From a virus (lineage: Duplodnaviria; Caudoviricetes), in IMG/VR virus record IMGVR_UViG_3300036773_000072, positions 1-62,741 of that record: a DNA stretch of 62,741 bases. One strand, 5' to 3'. The notes under the pieces were generated by a model. The model ran no database searches. It was not told the origin of the DNA and was given only the letters and a program-made list of their open reading frames with translations. The number at the start of each line of letters is the position of its first letter. Position 1 is the first letter of the stretch. Of the stretch, positions 38,101 to 48,239 are shown in pieces. The position numbers and the translations under genes were made by a program.

Positions 38101-38796
38101 ATGGCCGAGCAGGAGACCGCACTGGAGCTGGCCGGCGAGACGCTGCCGACCGCCAAGACGATCCGGGCCGTGCTGCGCCAGCAGCTCAACGACGCGGTGC
38201 TGGCCGAGCGGACCCGGCGCGGCGAGGTCGTCGCACCGGAGGACACCTGGCAGATGCACCGGTCCCTCGCGCTCGTCGCGCAGACCTGCGGCGAGTACAG
38301 CCGCGCCTTTGCCGACGCGGCTCAGGAGGCCGGACAGGTGGCCGAGGAAGAACTGATCGACACGTTCGGCGAGCAGAATGGCATCCCCAACCAGGGCCTG
38401 ACCGTGCCCAACGAGGACGGCACGCAGGTCAAGGTGTCGTTGGACATCCGCTCGTCCTGGAGTGCCGACGAGGACGCGATCATGTCGGCCGTGGCCTTCT
38501 CGGTCCTGGCCGAGGTCGACTGGCGGACGCTGGCTCTCGCGGCACGTACGCCCCTCCAGCAGGAGGCCGCTGAGAACGACCTGGCCGCACTGCTGGTCGA
38601 GGGAATGCAGCGGCTGGTCGCTACAGGCAAGTTCAACCCGCAGGTCACCAAGATCCGCGACTTCACCCGCACGATCGCCGGCACGCCGACCGGTGACCGG
38701 GTTGCCAGCACGGTGAACGTCTCGGTCCGCAACAACAAGGTCTACAAGGGCGTCAAGATCGAGACCGTGGACGCCAAGCCGAAGGGGAACCGATGA
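38101..38796 (+). CDS. Hypothetical protein
   Basis: TGATG coupling; strong codon bias. Confidence 0.7.
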   Translation: MAEQETALELAGETLPTAKTIRAVLRQQLNDAVLAERTRRGEVVAPEDTWQMHRSLALVAQTCGEYSRAFADAAQEAGQVAEEELIDTFGEQNGIPNQGLTVPNEDGTQVKVSLDIRSSWSADEDAIMSAVAFSVLAEVDWRTLALAARTPLQQEAAENDLAALLVEGMQRLVATGKFNPQVTKIRDFTRTIAGTPTGDRVASTVNVSVRNNKVYKGVKIETVDAKPKGNR

Positions 38797-39202
38797 ACGC
38801 TACGACGATCGTGGGCTGGGCATACCAGGCTGATGCGTTCCACAGCGAGTGTCTACCGGCCGCTTTCGCCGGAGACAGCCCGGACGAGGTCGAGGCCAAC
38901 ATCAAGGCCGAGGCCGCCAAGCAGGGCATCACGGGGGAAGACAACCCATACTCACGCTCCACGGGGCACCTGCCGCAGCCGATCCTCGCGCCCGACGCGG
39001 ATTGCACGTATTGCGGCGAGTGCCACGCCGGGCTGATCGAGGGGCAGTGACGTGGACGACGAGACCGAGACGTTCGCGGACTGGTCCTGCCCGACCTGCG
39101 ACCAGTTCCAGCAGTTGTGGCTGAAGCGGGACGAACAGGGCGTGTGGGCGATCACGGCCGAGTCGCAGGAGATGATCCAGTTCCACAAGGCCGGTCGGTG
39201 CG

Positions 39203-39511
39203 ATGACTAGGGCTGCCCCGCGCGGGACGACGAACCGTAACGCGCGGGGCAGTGCGGCCGACCGCCGGCTGCGCAAGCAGTGGCTGCTGGACAGCTTCGG
39301 CGACGGCGAGAGCGCCAAGTGCGAGCTGCGGGTCTCGCCGCGCTGTGCCGTCACGGTCGACTTCGTCACGATCACCGTGGACCGGTGGCCCACGGCCGGC
39401 TGCGACGGCGGCACGTACTCGCGGGAGAACATCCGCCCGGCCTGCGGCTCGTGCAACTCGGTGGACGGCGGCCGGACCGGCGCCCGACGACGGAGGGAGC
39501 AGCGACGGTGA
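39203..39511 (+). CDS. HNH endonuclease
   Basis: C…C…TVDR…GGTYSRENIRPACGSCN. Confidence 0.8.
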   Translation: MTRAAPRGTTNRNARGSAADRRLRKQWLLDSFGDGESAKCELRVSPRCAVTVDFVTITVDRWPTAGCDGGTYSRENIRPACGSCNSVDGGRTGARRRREQRR

Positions 39512-39921
39512 GAACCCTGGTGGCCCTGGAGGGCGGACCCAAGAGCAAGTTCTGGTACTGGTCCGACGACTGGGACAAGGCGTTGAAGTCGGCCGCCAGC
39601 CACTACCTGCGGCCGGACCAGTCGCCGCCGGACGTGCTGCGGTACCAGCCCACCGATCGGTACATCGACAACCCGGACAAGCGGTACGGCCAGGGCCAGG
39701 TCTGGATCTACCAGCCACCAGCCGCGCGGAGCGGCGCACAGAAGGGCGAGTGCCCGAAGTGCCTGCTGCCGTGTCCTCGGATCATCCGGTGGCGGACGGC
39801 CATCGGCGAACAGGCGGAATGCCCACGGTGCCTGCATCTGCCCTACCGCGAGGGCGGCACGTGGCACCACACGATGCCGGCGAAGGATCTTCGTTGGTAC
39901 GAGGAAAGAGGACTGCTGTGA
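39508..39921 (+). CDS. Hypothetical protein with CxxC pairs
   Basis: CPKC…CPRC. Confidence 0.6.
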   Translation: MRTLVALEGGPKSKFWYWSDDWDKALKSAASHYLRPDQSPPDVLRYQPTDRYIDNPDKRYGQGQVWIYQPPAARSGAQKGECPKCLLPCPRIIRWRTAIGEQAECPRCLHLPYREGGTWHHTMPAKDLRWYEERGLL

Positions 39922-40170
39922 ACGAACAGGATCTTGACGAGAAGCTGACCCGCGTCCGAGACGCGGTGCGGCCAGCGCAGTCGGTGGACATCCTTACGCC
40001 GGAGATGCGTGGCGACCTGATCAACACGCTGGTGTACGTCGAGCGCTCGATGGCCCGGATGGACCTCACCGACGCCCGCACCGGCAGGCCGCGTGCGGAC
40101 CTGGCCAAGGCGAGCGAGGCGCTGCGCCGGGTGCTGGGCGCTCCGGAGCCGACGCAGACGAACGGCATCG

Positions 40171-40773
40171 GTGGCGACTGACGTGGGCGATCCTCTGCGG
40201 GACGCGCTGCGGGCGGTGGAGCGCGCGAGGGAGATCACGCGCGGCTTGGACCAGTCCTCGCGGATCTCGGACGTGCTGCACGTCGCGGCCGGCATCCACA
40301 CCGAGCTACTGATCATTGAATCGAGCCTCCGAAACGCCTTAGGAGCCGCGCTGAGCGATGCCGTGGGCGATCGGCCCGGACTGGCCCGGTCGGACGCGCC
40401 TGCGACCAGCAGGGCGGCCGCGCGGGCTGTCTCCGTCAAGTCGGGTTCCGGCCGGGGCATGTTGCTGCGGGCGCTCCGCGACGCGGGCAGCCTGTCCGAT
40501 TACGAGATGCAGAACGCCACCGGGATGAAGTCATCCACGCAGCGGCCACGGCGAGTCGAGCTGGTGGATATCGGCCTTGTCCGGCCGTCCAGTGAGCTGA
40601 CCCGCCGGCACGAGGGTTCGGCCTGGACGGTTTGGGTGCTCACGCCGCTGGGCGTGTCGGTGGCGAACGAGCTGGTTCGACTCGGACATAACGGATCAGT
40701 CAAGGTCGATCCGGACACCTGCGTGGAACCCTCCACAGTGGAGGAACCTGATGGCGATCCGGTCCTGTTCTAG
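40171..40773 (+). CDS. Winged-helix DNA-binding protein
   Basis: ARSDAPATSRAAA…LSDYEM…STQRPRRVELVDIGLV. Confidence 0.65.
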   Translation: MATDVGDPLRDALRAVERAREITRGLDQSSRISDVLHVAAGIHTELLIIESSLRNALGAALSDAVGDRPGLARSDAPATSRAAARAVSVKSGSGRGMLLRALRDAGSLSDYEMQNATGMKSSTQRPRRVELVDIGLVRPSSELTRRHEGSAWTVWVLTPLGVSVANELVRLGHNGSVKVDPDTCVEPSTVEEPDGDPVLF

Positions 40774-40891
40774 ACCGGGCAGCAGGCTTATGCTCGACAG
40801 ACCGCCTCCAGACGGCCGTAGCGCCACCGGGCGAGACCGACACCTCAACCCGGTGACTTGCCACGACGCCCCTTACCCGAAAGGAGCGGAC

Positions 40892-40930
40892 ATGACCGTT
40901 CAGATTCTACTGACGGTGGTCCTCCCCTAG
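40892..40930 (+). CDS. 12-aa hydrophobic mini-ORF (MTVQILLTVVLP)
   Basis: GAAAGGAG SD just upstream; 13-bp hairpin at 40938-40973 follows. Confidence 0.45.
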   Translation: MTVQILLTVVLP

Positions 40931-41034
40931 ACACGGCCGTGGCCGGCAGGTGCCTCATTTCCTGCCGGCCACGCTCGCCGCGACCGCCCCAACCCTCACG
41001 AGACCGGAGCCCTACGTCAATGACTGGAGTCGCT

Positions 41035-41262
41035 ATGTCGACTGTAGCAAGTACCCCCGTTGGATCACAGCCAACATCCCTGGTCGCTGACGCGATTCGG
41101 GCCACAGGCGAGCGCCTGCACGACTTGAGTTGCCCGGACGAGCTGGACCGGGGGATGGCCGCCTACGACCTGGCCGGCGCGATTCAGTGCGCCGCGCCGT
41201 TGCTCACGCCGGACGAACGGGCGCAGTTCGCCCTGTTCCTCACGGACGGGTTCGCGTCATGA
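41035..41262 (+). CDS. Hypothetical protein coupled to the initiator
   Basis: GGAG SD; ATGA overlap. Confidence 0.55.
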   Translation: MSTVASTPVGSQPTSLVADAIRATGERLHDLSCPDELDRGMAAYDLAGAIQCAAPLLTPDERAQFALFLTDGFAS

Positions 41263-42305
41263 CCGAGCCTGCCGAGCAGTTCGAGGTCGAGCAGACCACC
41301 TTCGCCATGATTCCCGGCTGGGTCATCGACGCGGCCGACCCGATGGCGCTGAAGGTGTACGCGCACCTGGCGCACCGGTACGTCAACCAGCGCCGCGAGT
41401 GCTGGCCGAGTCAGCGCACGCTCGCGGACGAGCTGAAGGTGGCTGTCCGCACGGTCGAGGACGCGGTGCGCAGCCTCCGTGAGATCGGCGCCGTGCAGGC
41501 AACGCGGACGCGCCGGGACGACGGAAGGCTGGGTCGCAACCGGTACTGGCTGCCGATGGACCATCCACACCGAGCGGAGGGTGGTGCCCAGTCCGCTGAC
41601 CTGGACGTTCAGGACGTTTCCGCAGGTCCGATCCAGCCACAGCAGGATGTGGATAGTCCATCCACGCCTGAATGTGGATCAGGTAACCAGACCCAAGAGG
41701 GTAACCAGAGAAAAGAAGGCGAAGCTATCGCTTCGCGCGACGAGCCCGCCGATGGCGTCCAGCTCGCGCTCGTCCCTGCGGCTTTGGAGCACTCCAGTCC
41801 GCAGGGCAAGGACGTGAAGGACCCGGACGAGCTGACCGCCCGAGCCATGCGGGTGTACCTGGAGAACTGGGACCGCGAGCAGTTCGGCGCTCCGGCGAAC
41901 GCGGATGTCACCGAGAGCTGGGTGCGGTCGATCGCCCACCGGTTCGACTGCGACGCGGTGGCCCTGCTCGCGGCCGTCGAGATGGCCGCTGTGCGCGGCA
42001 AGGTGTCGCCTGCGCCCGCGTACCAGCCGGCTCCGCTGGAGGGCTCGCGGTTGACGAAGGCGGCGCAGGCGGTGGTTCGCGCGGTGTACGACGCGCAGCA
42101 CGGTGAGGTCAACTTCGCCGCGCTCATGCAGCGGGCGAAGACGGCGATCAAGGCCGGTCGGGCGCCGGGCGACGTACACGACGCGATGATCAAGCTGATC
42201 GAGGACGCCAAGCCGGTCACGGCGCAGCTCTTGGCGCAGTACGCGGAGCAGGTCCGGCTGGATCGACAGGCCAACGAGTCGCAACGGGGTGTGGTCCAGT
42301 CGTGA
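41259..42305 (+). CDS. Replication initiator with N-terminal HTH
   Basis: FAMIPGW…LKVYAHL…CWPSQRTLADEL…RTV…L…G; directly upstream of the helicase. Confidence 0.8.
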   Translation: MTEPAEQFEVEQTTFAMIPGWVIDAADPMALKVYAHLAHRYVNQRRECWPSQRTLADELKVAVRTVEDAVRSLREIGAVQATRTRRDDGRLGRNRYWLPMDHPHRAEGGAQSADLDVQDVSAGPIQPQQDVDSPSTPECGSGNQTQEGNQRKEGEAIASRDEPADGVQLALVPAALEHSSPQGKDVKDPDELTARAMRVYLENWDREQFGAPANADVTESWVRSIAHRFDCDAVALLAAVEMAAVRGKVSPAPAYQPAPLEGSRLTKAAQAVVRAVYDAQHGEVNFAALMQRAKTAIKAGRAPGDVHDAMIKLIEDAKPVTAQLLAQYAEQVRLDRQANESQRGVVQS

Positions 42306-43609
42306 GTGAGAACGCATTCGACCTGTTGGCCGAGCAGTCGCTGCTGGGCGCCGCGCTGACCGGCAGTGACGCGGCCATCACCGAGTTTCTGACCCTGCCG
42401 CCGCAGGCGTACTTCGTCGTCAAGCACCAGGTGCTCGCGTCGATCATCACGGACATGATCGCTAAGCGCATCCCGGTGGACCCGACGACCCTGCTGGCGC
42501 AGGTTATGGACCAGGGCGTACTGGGCAAGATCGGCGGTGCTCCCTACATCCACACGCTGGTGGCCGCCTGTCCCACTCCGGCCAACGCCGGGTTCTACGC
42601 GGAGTGGCTGGCCGAGCTGTACGGCCGGCGGATGCTGTGGCAGGTGTGCGTGTCCGAGGCGCAGCGGCTGGACGCGCTGTGGAACTGCGGCGAGCGGACC
42701 GGCACGGCGGACTCGGTGGCCCGCATCCGGGTGGAGCTGGAGTCCGTACAGGGCTACGCAGCCGGTTCCCGGCAGGAGCATGTCTTGGACCTCGCCACCT
42801 TCCTGGAGCAGGTCACCGAGTACGAGTGGCTGGTGCCGGGCCTGCTGGAGCGCCGAGACCGGATGATGATCACGGGTGACGAGGGTGGCGGCAAGTCGAT
42901 GCTCATGGCGCAGTTCGCCTGCACCCTGGCGGCCGGGCTGCACCCGTTCACCTCGGCACCGCTGCGGGACAACGTGCAGGGCATCCGGGTGGCGATCCTG
43001 GATTGCGAGAACAGTCCGGCGCAGTCCCGGCGCCGATACCGCGAGGTCGTGCGCCGCGTGGATCTCGCACGGGAAACGCACGGCCTGGAGCGTGCCGACT
43101 GGGCCAAGCAGCTCACGCTGGAGTTCCGCACGGACGGTATCGACCTGATGGCGGCGCACGAGGTGGCGTGGCTGGAGCGCTACGTGTCGGCCGCCCAGCC
43201 CGACGTGCTGATCATTGGCCCGCTCTACAAGCTGCACCACGAGGACATGAACAGCGAGCCGGCTGCTCGGTCGCTGATCAACGTTCTGGACCAGATTCGC
43301 GCCCGCTACAACTGCGCCATCCTCACCGAGGCGCACGCCGGACACAGCACGGACGAGCGAGGCAACCGCAAGATGCGTCCGCGCGGCTCCGCGCTGTTCC
43401 TGGGCTGGCCTGAGTTCGGGTTCGGCATCCGCAAGGCGAAGGACGACCCGCACGGCGAGGGCCTGGTGGACTTCGTGAGCTGGCGGGGGCAGCGTGAGCA
43501 GCGTGCGTTCCCCGAACACCTGATCAGGGGGCACAGCGTGCTGCTGCCGTGGCGGCCGACGCAGGACTACTACGACGTGCCGGACCCGGACTGGAACGGG
43601 TTCGCCTGA
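42302..43609 (+). CDS. DnaB-like helicase (DnaB N-domain plus RecA/AAA_25 ATPase)
   Basis: AEQSLLGAAL…PVDPTTL…GGAPYI; Walker A GDEGGGKS; RPRGSALFLGWPE. Confidence 0.85.
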   Translation: MSENAFDLLAEQSLLGAALTGSDAAITEFLTLPPQAYFVVKHQVLASIITDMIAKRIPVDPTTLLAQVMDQGVLGKIGGAPYIHTLVAACPTPANAGFYAEWLAELYGRRMLWQVCVSEAQRLDALWNCGERTGTADSVARIRVELESVQGYAAGSRQEHVLDLATFLEQVTEYEWLVPGLLERRDRMMITGDEGGGKSMLMAQFACTLAAGLHPFTSAPLRDNVQGIRVAILDCENSPAQSRRRYREVVRRVDLARETHGLERADWAKQLTLEFRTDGIDLMAAHEVAWLERYVSAAQPDVLIIGPLYKLHHEDMNSEPAARSLINVLDQIRARYNCAILTEAHAGHSTDERGNRKMRPRGSALFLGWPEFGFGIRKAKDDPHGEGLVDFVSWRGQREQRAFPEHLIRGHSVLLPWRPTQDYYDVPDPDWNGFA

Positions 43610-43625
43610 GCGGGAGGTAACCGAC

Positions 43626-44495
43626 ATGGGCATGATCTTGGATGTGGCGAGCTACCAGGGCAGAGTCAACTGGCCACAGGCGAAGGGTGCCGGCTGTCTC
43701 GGCATGATCGAGAAGCTGACCGAGGGAACCGGCTACGTCAACCCACAGTGGAGCGGCAACTACACCGACGCGGGCGCGGCCGGCATTCCTCGCGGCGCCT
43801 ACCACTTCGCGGACGGCGGCAACGCGGTGGCCGAGGCCAACCACTTCGCGGACGTGTACCTGTCGGTGGGCCGCTGGGAACTGCTGCCCGTCCTGGACGA
43901 CGAGTACGCCAACGCTGGCCCGGCATTCGCGGGCGCCTTCCGTCAGCAGTTCCGCAGCCGGGTCGGCCACGCCTGGTTCCGGGTGTACTCCGGCGAATAC
44001 CTGTTCACCCACAGTCTGGCCGTAGACGCCTGGTACGACGCCTACACGTCGCTGTGGCCGGCGCAGTACGCCAGCGCGCTGTCCTGGAGCCACGTCGGCA
44101 TCGAGCTGTGGCAGAACACGTCCACGGCGAACGTGCCAGGCGTGCTTGGGCACGTGGACGAGAGCCAGTTCCAGGGCGGCTGGACGCCTGCGGTGGACCT
44201 GGCCCGGATGGGTGCTCCGGCGCCCGTGCCCAACCCGACTCCGCTGCCGCACCCGATCACCGGGAAGCTGCCGCCCAACACCGTGCTGAGCGAGAAGGCG
44301 CACAGCACGGGTCCGGCGGTACAGGTGCTCCAGCGGGCGCTCAACACGCAGTACCCGGCCTACAGTCACCTGGTGGTCGATGGGATCTTCGGGCCGGCTA
44401 CAGACTCCGTGGTGCGACAGTTCCAGTCCCGCGACCACCTGGCGGTGGATGGCATCGCCGGGCCGATCACCCTGCGTGCGCTGTACCTGATCTGA
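43626..44495 (+). CDS. Endolysin: GH25 muramidase plus peptidoglycan-binding domain
   Basis: DVASYQG, KLTEGTGY, GAYHF, PVLDDE; VQVLQRAL…DGIFGPAT…FQ…DGIAGPIT. Confidence 0.92.
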   Translation: MGMILDVASYQGRVNWPQAKGAGCLGMIEKLTEGTGYVNPQWSGNYTDAGAAGIPRGAYHFADGGNAVAEANHFADVYLSVGRWELLPVLDDEYANAGPAFAGAFRQQFRSRVGHAWFRVYSGEYLFTHSLAVDAWYDAYTSLWPAQYASALSWSHVGIELWQNTSTANVPGVLGHVDESQFQGGWTPAVDLARMGAPAPVPNPTPLPHPITGKLPPNTVLSEKAHSTGPAVQVLQRALNTQYPAYSHLVVDGIFGPATDSVVRQFQSRDHLAVDGIAGPITLRALYLI

Positions 44496-44812
44496 TGGCG
44501 ACCCGCACGGCGACGCTCACCGAGGGGCAGCTCCAGCGGCGCATCCTGGATCTCGCGGGATGGCGCCGCTGGCGGGCCGTGCACATCCGGCCGCTGTGGC
44601 AGCGCGACGGCAAGATGGTCACCGCGTACGAGGGCGACCCCGGCTTGCCGGACCTGATCTTGGCACGTGACGGCCGGGTCATCCTGGCCGAGATCAAGAA
44701 CGCGACGCGAGCGGCCACGAAGGACCAGCGGGCGTGGCTGCTCGCGGCCGGGCCGAACGGCTACCTGTGGCGCCCGGCCGACTGGCCGGAGATCCAGCGA
44801 GTGCTGGCATGA
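44495..44812 (+). CDS. VRR-NUC nuclease
   Basis: TEGQLQ…GLPDLIL…AEIK…DQRAWL…WRPADW. Confidence 0.85.
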   Translation: MATRTATLTEGQLQRRILDLAGWRRWRAVHIRPLWQRDGKMVTAYEGDPGLPDLILARDGRVILAEIKNATRAATKDQRAWLLAAGPNGYLWRPADWPEIQRVLA

Positions 44813-44847
44813 GTTCGCCGCACGCGACTGCGGGCCGACCGTAGGCT

Positions 44848-45402
44848 GTGATCGTGGGAACGGTGATCAACTCACTGACGGACGGCGCCGGACGCGGACT
44901 CCAGGACGTGACCGTGCGCGTTTCCCTGATCGCTCCACTGAATCCGTTCCTGCTCAACGGCTCGGGCGAGATCCTGACCGCCGTCGCCGTGGACACCGAT
45001 CACGACGGCAACTGGTCGGTCGATCTGGCCGCGTCCAGCACGCTGGAGATGGTCAACAGCTACTACCTGGTGGACGAGTCGGCCGCGCCCGGCGGTCTGC
45101 GCTGGCCGATCCGGGTGCCGGACGGCGCCGGACCGTTCGAGATGCGGGACTGCCTGGTGGCGGTGCCGGTCGACTTCAGCCCTGGTGGCCCGACCTCGGT
45201 GCGGTTCCCCGCCTATCACCACGAACAGGTCTCGGCGAGCCCTATCTGGACGATCGTGCATAACCTCGGGTTCCGGCCGAACTGGCGGGTGGCCGACAGT
45301 GCCGGCGCACCGTGGCACGGCTGGACGATCACCGACCCGGACCTGAACACGTCCGTCATCGATCTCGGTGTCTCCATGGCCGGCACCGCTGAGGGTTCCT
45401 AG
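44848..45402 (+). CDS. Virion structural/fibre-associated protein
   Basis: TDHDGNWSVDL; HEQVSASPIWTIVHNLGFRP. Confidence 0.65.
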   Translation: MIVGTVINSLTDGAGRGLQDVTVRVSLIAPLNPFLLNGSGEILTAVAVDTDHDGNWSVDLAASSTLEMVNSYYLVDESAAPGGLRWPIRVPDGAGPFEMRDCLVAVPVDFSPGGPTSVRFPAYHHEQVSASPIWTIVHNLGFRPNWRVADSAGAPWHGWTITDPDLNTSVIDLGVSMAGTAEGS

Positions 45403-45411
45403 GAGACGAGC

Positions 45412-46500
45412 ATGGTCGACAACTACGGCAAGCCCATCGACCTGCACAGCAACGAGCTGCGCAACGCGGTCGTCCAAAACCTGGGATCGGCGCCTGCGGG
45501 CGAGCTGGCCGGGCAGCTCTGGTACGACACGCTCAATCACCTGCTGAAGTGGTTCAACGGCACGATCGATATTGATCCGCTCAACCGCACCAACCACTCC
45601 GGCTCGCAGATCGCCGCCACGATCTCCGACTTCACGGCCGCCGTGCAGGCGTTGCGGTGGGCGTCCATGACCGCGCCGAACGCGGCCGTACCGATGGGCG
45701 CGCAGAACTTCTCGGGCCTGGCCACCGCCTCGGGCGCCGGACAGGCCGTGGAGTACGCGCAGTTCAACACCGCGCTGGCCAACATCGCCACCGGGATGGA
45801 CCTGAAGGAAACTCAGGCGCAGGTTGTCACGACGACCAACCTGAGCCTGGCCGCGCCCGGCGCCACGATCAACGGCCACACCATGGTCGCGAACGACCGC
45901 ATCCTGGCCGCAGGCCAGACCACGGCGAGCGCGAATGGCCTGTACGTGTGGAACGGAGCCGCGTCGGCCGCCACGCGAGCACCGGACGCCAACACGGCTG
46001 GGTCGATCCTGCCGGGCACCATGGTCGCGGTCGGGAGCACGGACAGCGCCAACCCGGACACCGTGTGGATGCAGACCGCGAGCGGCACTGGGACCAACAA
46101 CGCGATCGTGCTGGGCACCGACAGCCAGACCTGGATCAGGGTGCTGTCGCCGGTCACCTACACCGCAGGCAACGGGATCTCCATCACCGCTGGCGTCATC
46201 GCCGCCGTCGTAGCCGGAGCCGGCGGCTTGGCGGTGGGTGGTGGCGGACTGAGTCTCGACACCACCATTGCGACTCGCAAATACACGACCACGCTGACCG
46301 GTGACGGCGTCACCACGTCGTGGACCGTGACGCACAACCTCGGCACGACGGACCCCGTGGTCGTGGTGCGGATCGCCGGAGCGAAGTGGGAGACCGACGA
46401 CCAGGTGGCCGGCGCCGGAGCGTCCACCACTCAGGTCGTGATCGGCATCTCGCCGGCACCTGCGAACGCCACGGCGATCCTCGTGGCGGTGTACGGCTGA
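45412..46500 (+). CDS. Tail/head fibre-like structural protein
   Basis: IDLHSNELRNAVVQNL; DRILAAGQTTASANGLYVW; YTAGNGI; GDG…VTHNLGT. Confidence 0.7.
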   Translation: MVDNYGKPIDLHSNELRNAVVQNLGSAPAGELAGQLWYDTLNHLLKWFNGTIDIDPLNRTNHSGSQIAATISDFTAAVQALRWASMTAPNAAVPMGAQNFSGLATASGAGQAVEYAQFNTALANIATGMDLKETQAQVVTTTNLSLAAPGATINGHTMVANDRILAAGQTTASANGLYVWNGAASAATRAPDANTAGSILPGTMVAVGSTDSANPDTVWMQTASGTGTNNAIVLGTDSQTWIRVLSPVTYTAGNGISITAGVIAAVVAGAGGLAVGGGGLSLDTTIATRKYTTTLTGDGVTTSWTVTHNLGTTDPVVVVRIAGAKWETDDQVAGAGASTTQVVIGISPAPANATAILVAVYG

Positions 46501-47165
46501 TGGCGCGCAACTGGGGCACCACCGAGGTCATCCCTGACCCGGCCGTCGCACAGAACCCGGCCAGCAAGAATTACGTGGACATCACCACAGCCGGACTCAG
46601 TTACGGCGGGTGGGGTGATGGAGACTCGGACGTTTTCGCGGACCTTCTCAGCACGTACTCGCGATCGCTGATGCAGTTCATCCCCACCGCCAACCACATG
46701 AGCATCGGTACCGTCACCGGCAACACGCAGCAGGCGTTGCTGTTCAAGAACAAGCGCGCGTTCACGTCGACCGGAGTCCGCTACCTGACGGGCGCCACGG
46801 CGCAGTCCGCCCAGACCACCACCGTGTCGATCTTCACGGGCACGTCGCTGGGTGCCATGGTTCCGCAGGCAACCGTGTCCGCGCCGTTCTCCGCGCTGAG
46901 TTCGCTGGTGCAGGTGGCATGGGGTTCCTCGATCCCAGTGCCGGTCGGGTTCGTGGCGATCGTGTTCACCGCGAATACGGCCGTGTCGACCGCAGCGCAG
47001 TTGATGACGCCCGGTCAGGTGAACCCTGGCGGGGCTGGCTTCACCGCGCCGTCGTCCACGCAGTTCCAGATAGCGCAGCGGTCGGGCCAGACGCTGGCCA
47101 ACCCGACCGACTTCACCACCGGCTGGACCGGCGAGGCGCTGCTGCCGTGGACCTCGATCTATTGA
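46500..47165 (+). CDS. Fibre/receptor-binding-like protein
   Basis: TGATG coupling; PASKNYVD motif; beta-rich. Confidence 0.6.
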   Translation: MARNWGTTEVIPDPAVAQNPASKNYVDITTAGLSYGGWGDGDSDVFADLLSTYSRSLMQFIPTANHMSIGTVTGNTQQALLFKNKRAFTSTGVRYLTGATAQSAQTTTVSIFTGTSLGAMVPQATVSAPFSALSSLVQVAWGSSIPVPVGFVAIVFTANTAVSTAAQLMTPGQVNPGGAGFTAPSSTQFQIAQRSGQTLANPTDFTTGWTGEALLPWTSIY

Positions 47166-48239
47166 AGTGCTGGGGATATCGGGGGTTCCCGAAGGCTAGT
47201 CGCCAACTCCGGATCGGATTTCTACCGCATCCCGGCCATCGTGGGCACGAGCACCGCAGGCGTCCTGGTGGCCACGTTCGACCACCGGCAGACCAGTGCC
47301 GCTGACCTGCCCAACGTCATCGACGTGCAGACCTCGCGCTCGACTGATGGCGGGCTCACCTGGAGCGCTCCGGCGATCGTAGCGGCGCACACGGGCGGCA
47401 ACACCACGGCGACCGCCATCGGGCGCGGAGACGCCTGCTTGACCTACAACAACGCCACCGGCCGGATCTTCTGCCACTACATCCTGTCCCCCGTGGGTGT
47501 TGGGCTCGCCGCGAGCGACAACACGACGGCCAACGGCTCCACGACGACCCTGAACTGCTGCTATCGCTACTCCGACGACGGCGGGGTGACCTGGTCGGCT
47601 GAGGTCAACTTCACGTCCACGGTCAAGACATCAGCGATGCTCGGCACGTCGGCCACCTCGGGCCATGGCTTCTGCGACGCCAGCGGAACCGTCTACGTGC
47701 CGTACTGCTACACCGACAGTGGCGGCGCCCGGCACGACTTCGTCATGTCCTCTGCCGACAACGGCACCACCTGGGTCCGCTCGTCCATCATCAACTCCGG
47801 CGTGGACGAGCACCACGTGGTCCAGCGCTCGGACGGCACCTGGCTGTCCGATGGTCGGCCGGTTGCCCAGACCTCGCGCCAGCTCTACAGCGCGACCACG
47901 GTCGGAGGGACCTGGAGCGGACCTATCACCGTGGTCGGCCTGCCGGACCCGAAGTGCAACGGTGACATCCTGCGGGTGTCCACGGACTCCACGAGTCCCT
48001 ACGCGACGTGGCTGCTGTCCTCCGCCTGTGCCAGCACGGCGAACCGAGGCGCACTGACGGTGTGGCTGTCCAAGGACAACGGCGTCACGTGGCCGGTGGC
48101 GTGGCAGGTGTATCCAGGTGGCGCGGCGTACTCGTCCATGGCGGTACTACCCGATGGAACGTTCGCGATCTTCTGGGAAGACACCGACCACGTGGCGCTC
48201 TCGGTGACGACGTTCAGCCTGCTCGCGCTCGCCTACTGA
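47166..48239 (+). CDS. GH33-like sialidase (BNR/Asp-box propeller), start unresolved
   Basis: FYRIPAI motif; four Asp-boxes (STDGGLTW, SDDGGVTW, SADNGTTW, SKDNGVTW); AAYSSM. Confidence 0.8.
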   Translation, partial: SAGDIGGSRRLVANSGSDFYRIPAIVGTSTAGVLVATFDHRQTSAADLPNVIDVQTSRSTDGGLTWSAPAIVAAHTGGNTTATAIGRGDACLTYNNATGRIFCHYILSPVGVGLAASDNTTANGSTTTLNCCYRYSDDGGVTWSAEVNFTSTVKTSAMLGTSATSGHGFCDASGTVYVPYCYTDSGGARHDFVMSSADNGTTWVRSSIINSGVDEHHVVQRSDGTWLSDGRPVAQTSRQLYSATTVGGTWSGPITVVGLPDPKCNGDILRVSTDSTSPYATWLLSSACASTANRGALTVWLSKDNGVTWPVAWQVYPGGAAYSSMAVLPDGTFAIFWEDTDHVALSVTTFSLLALAY

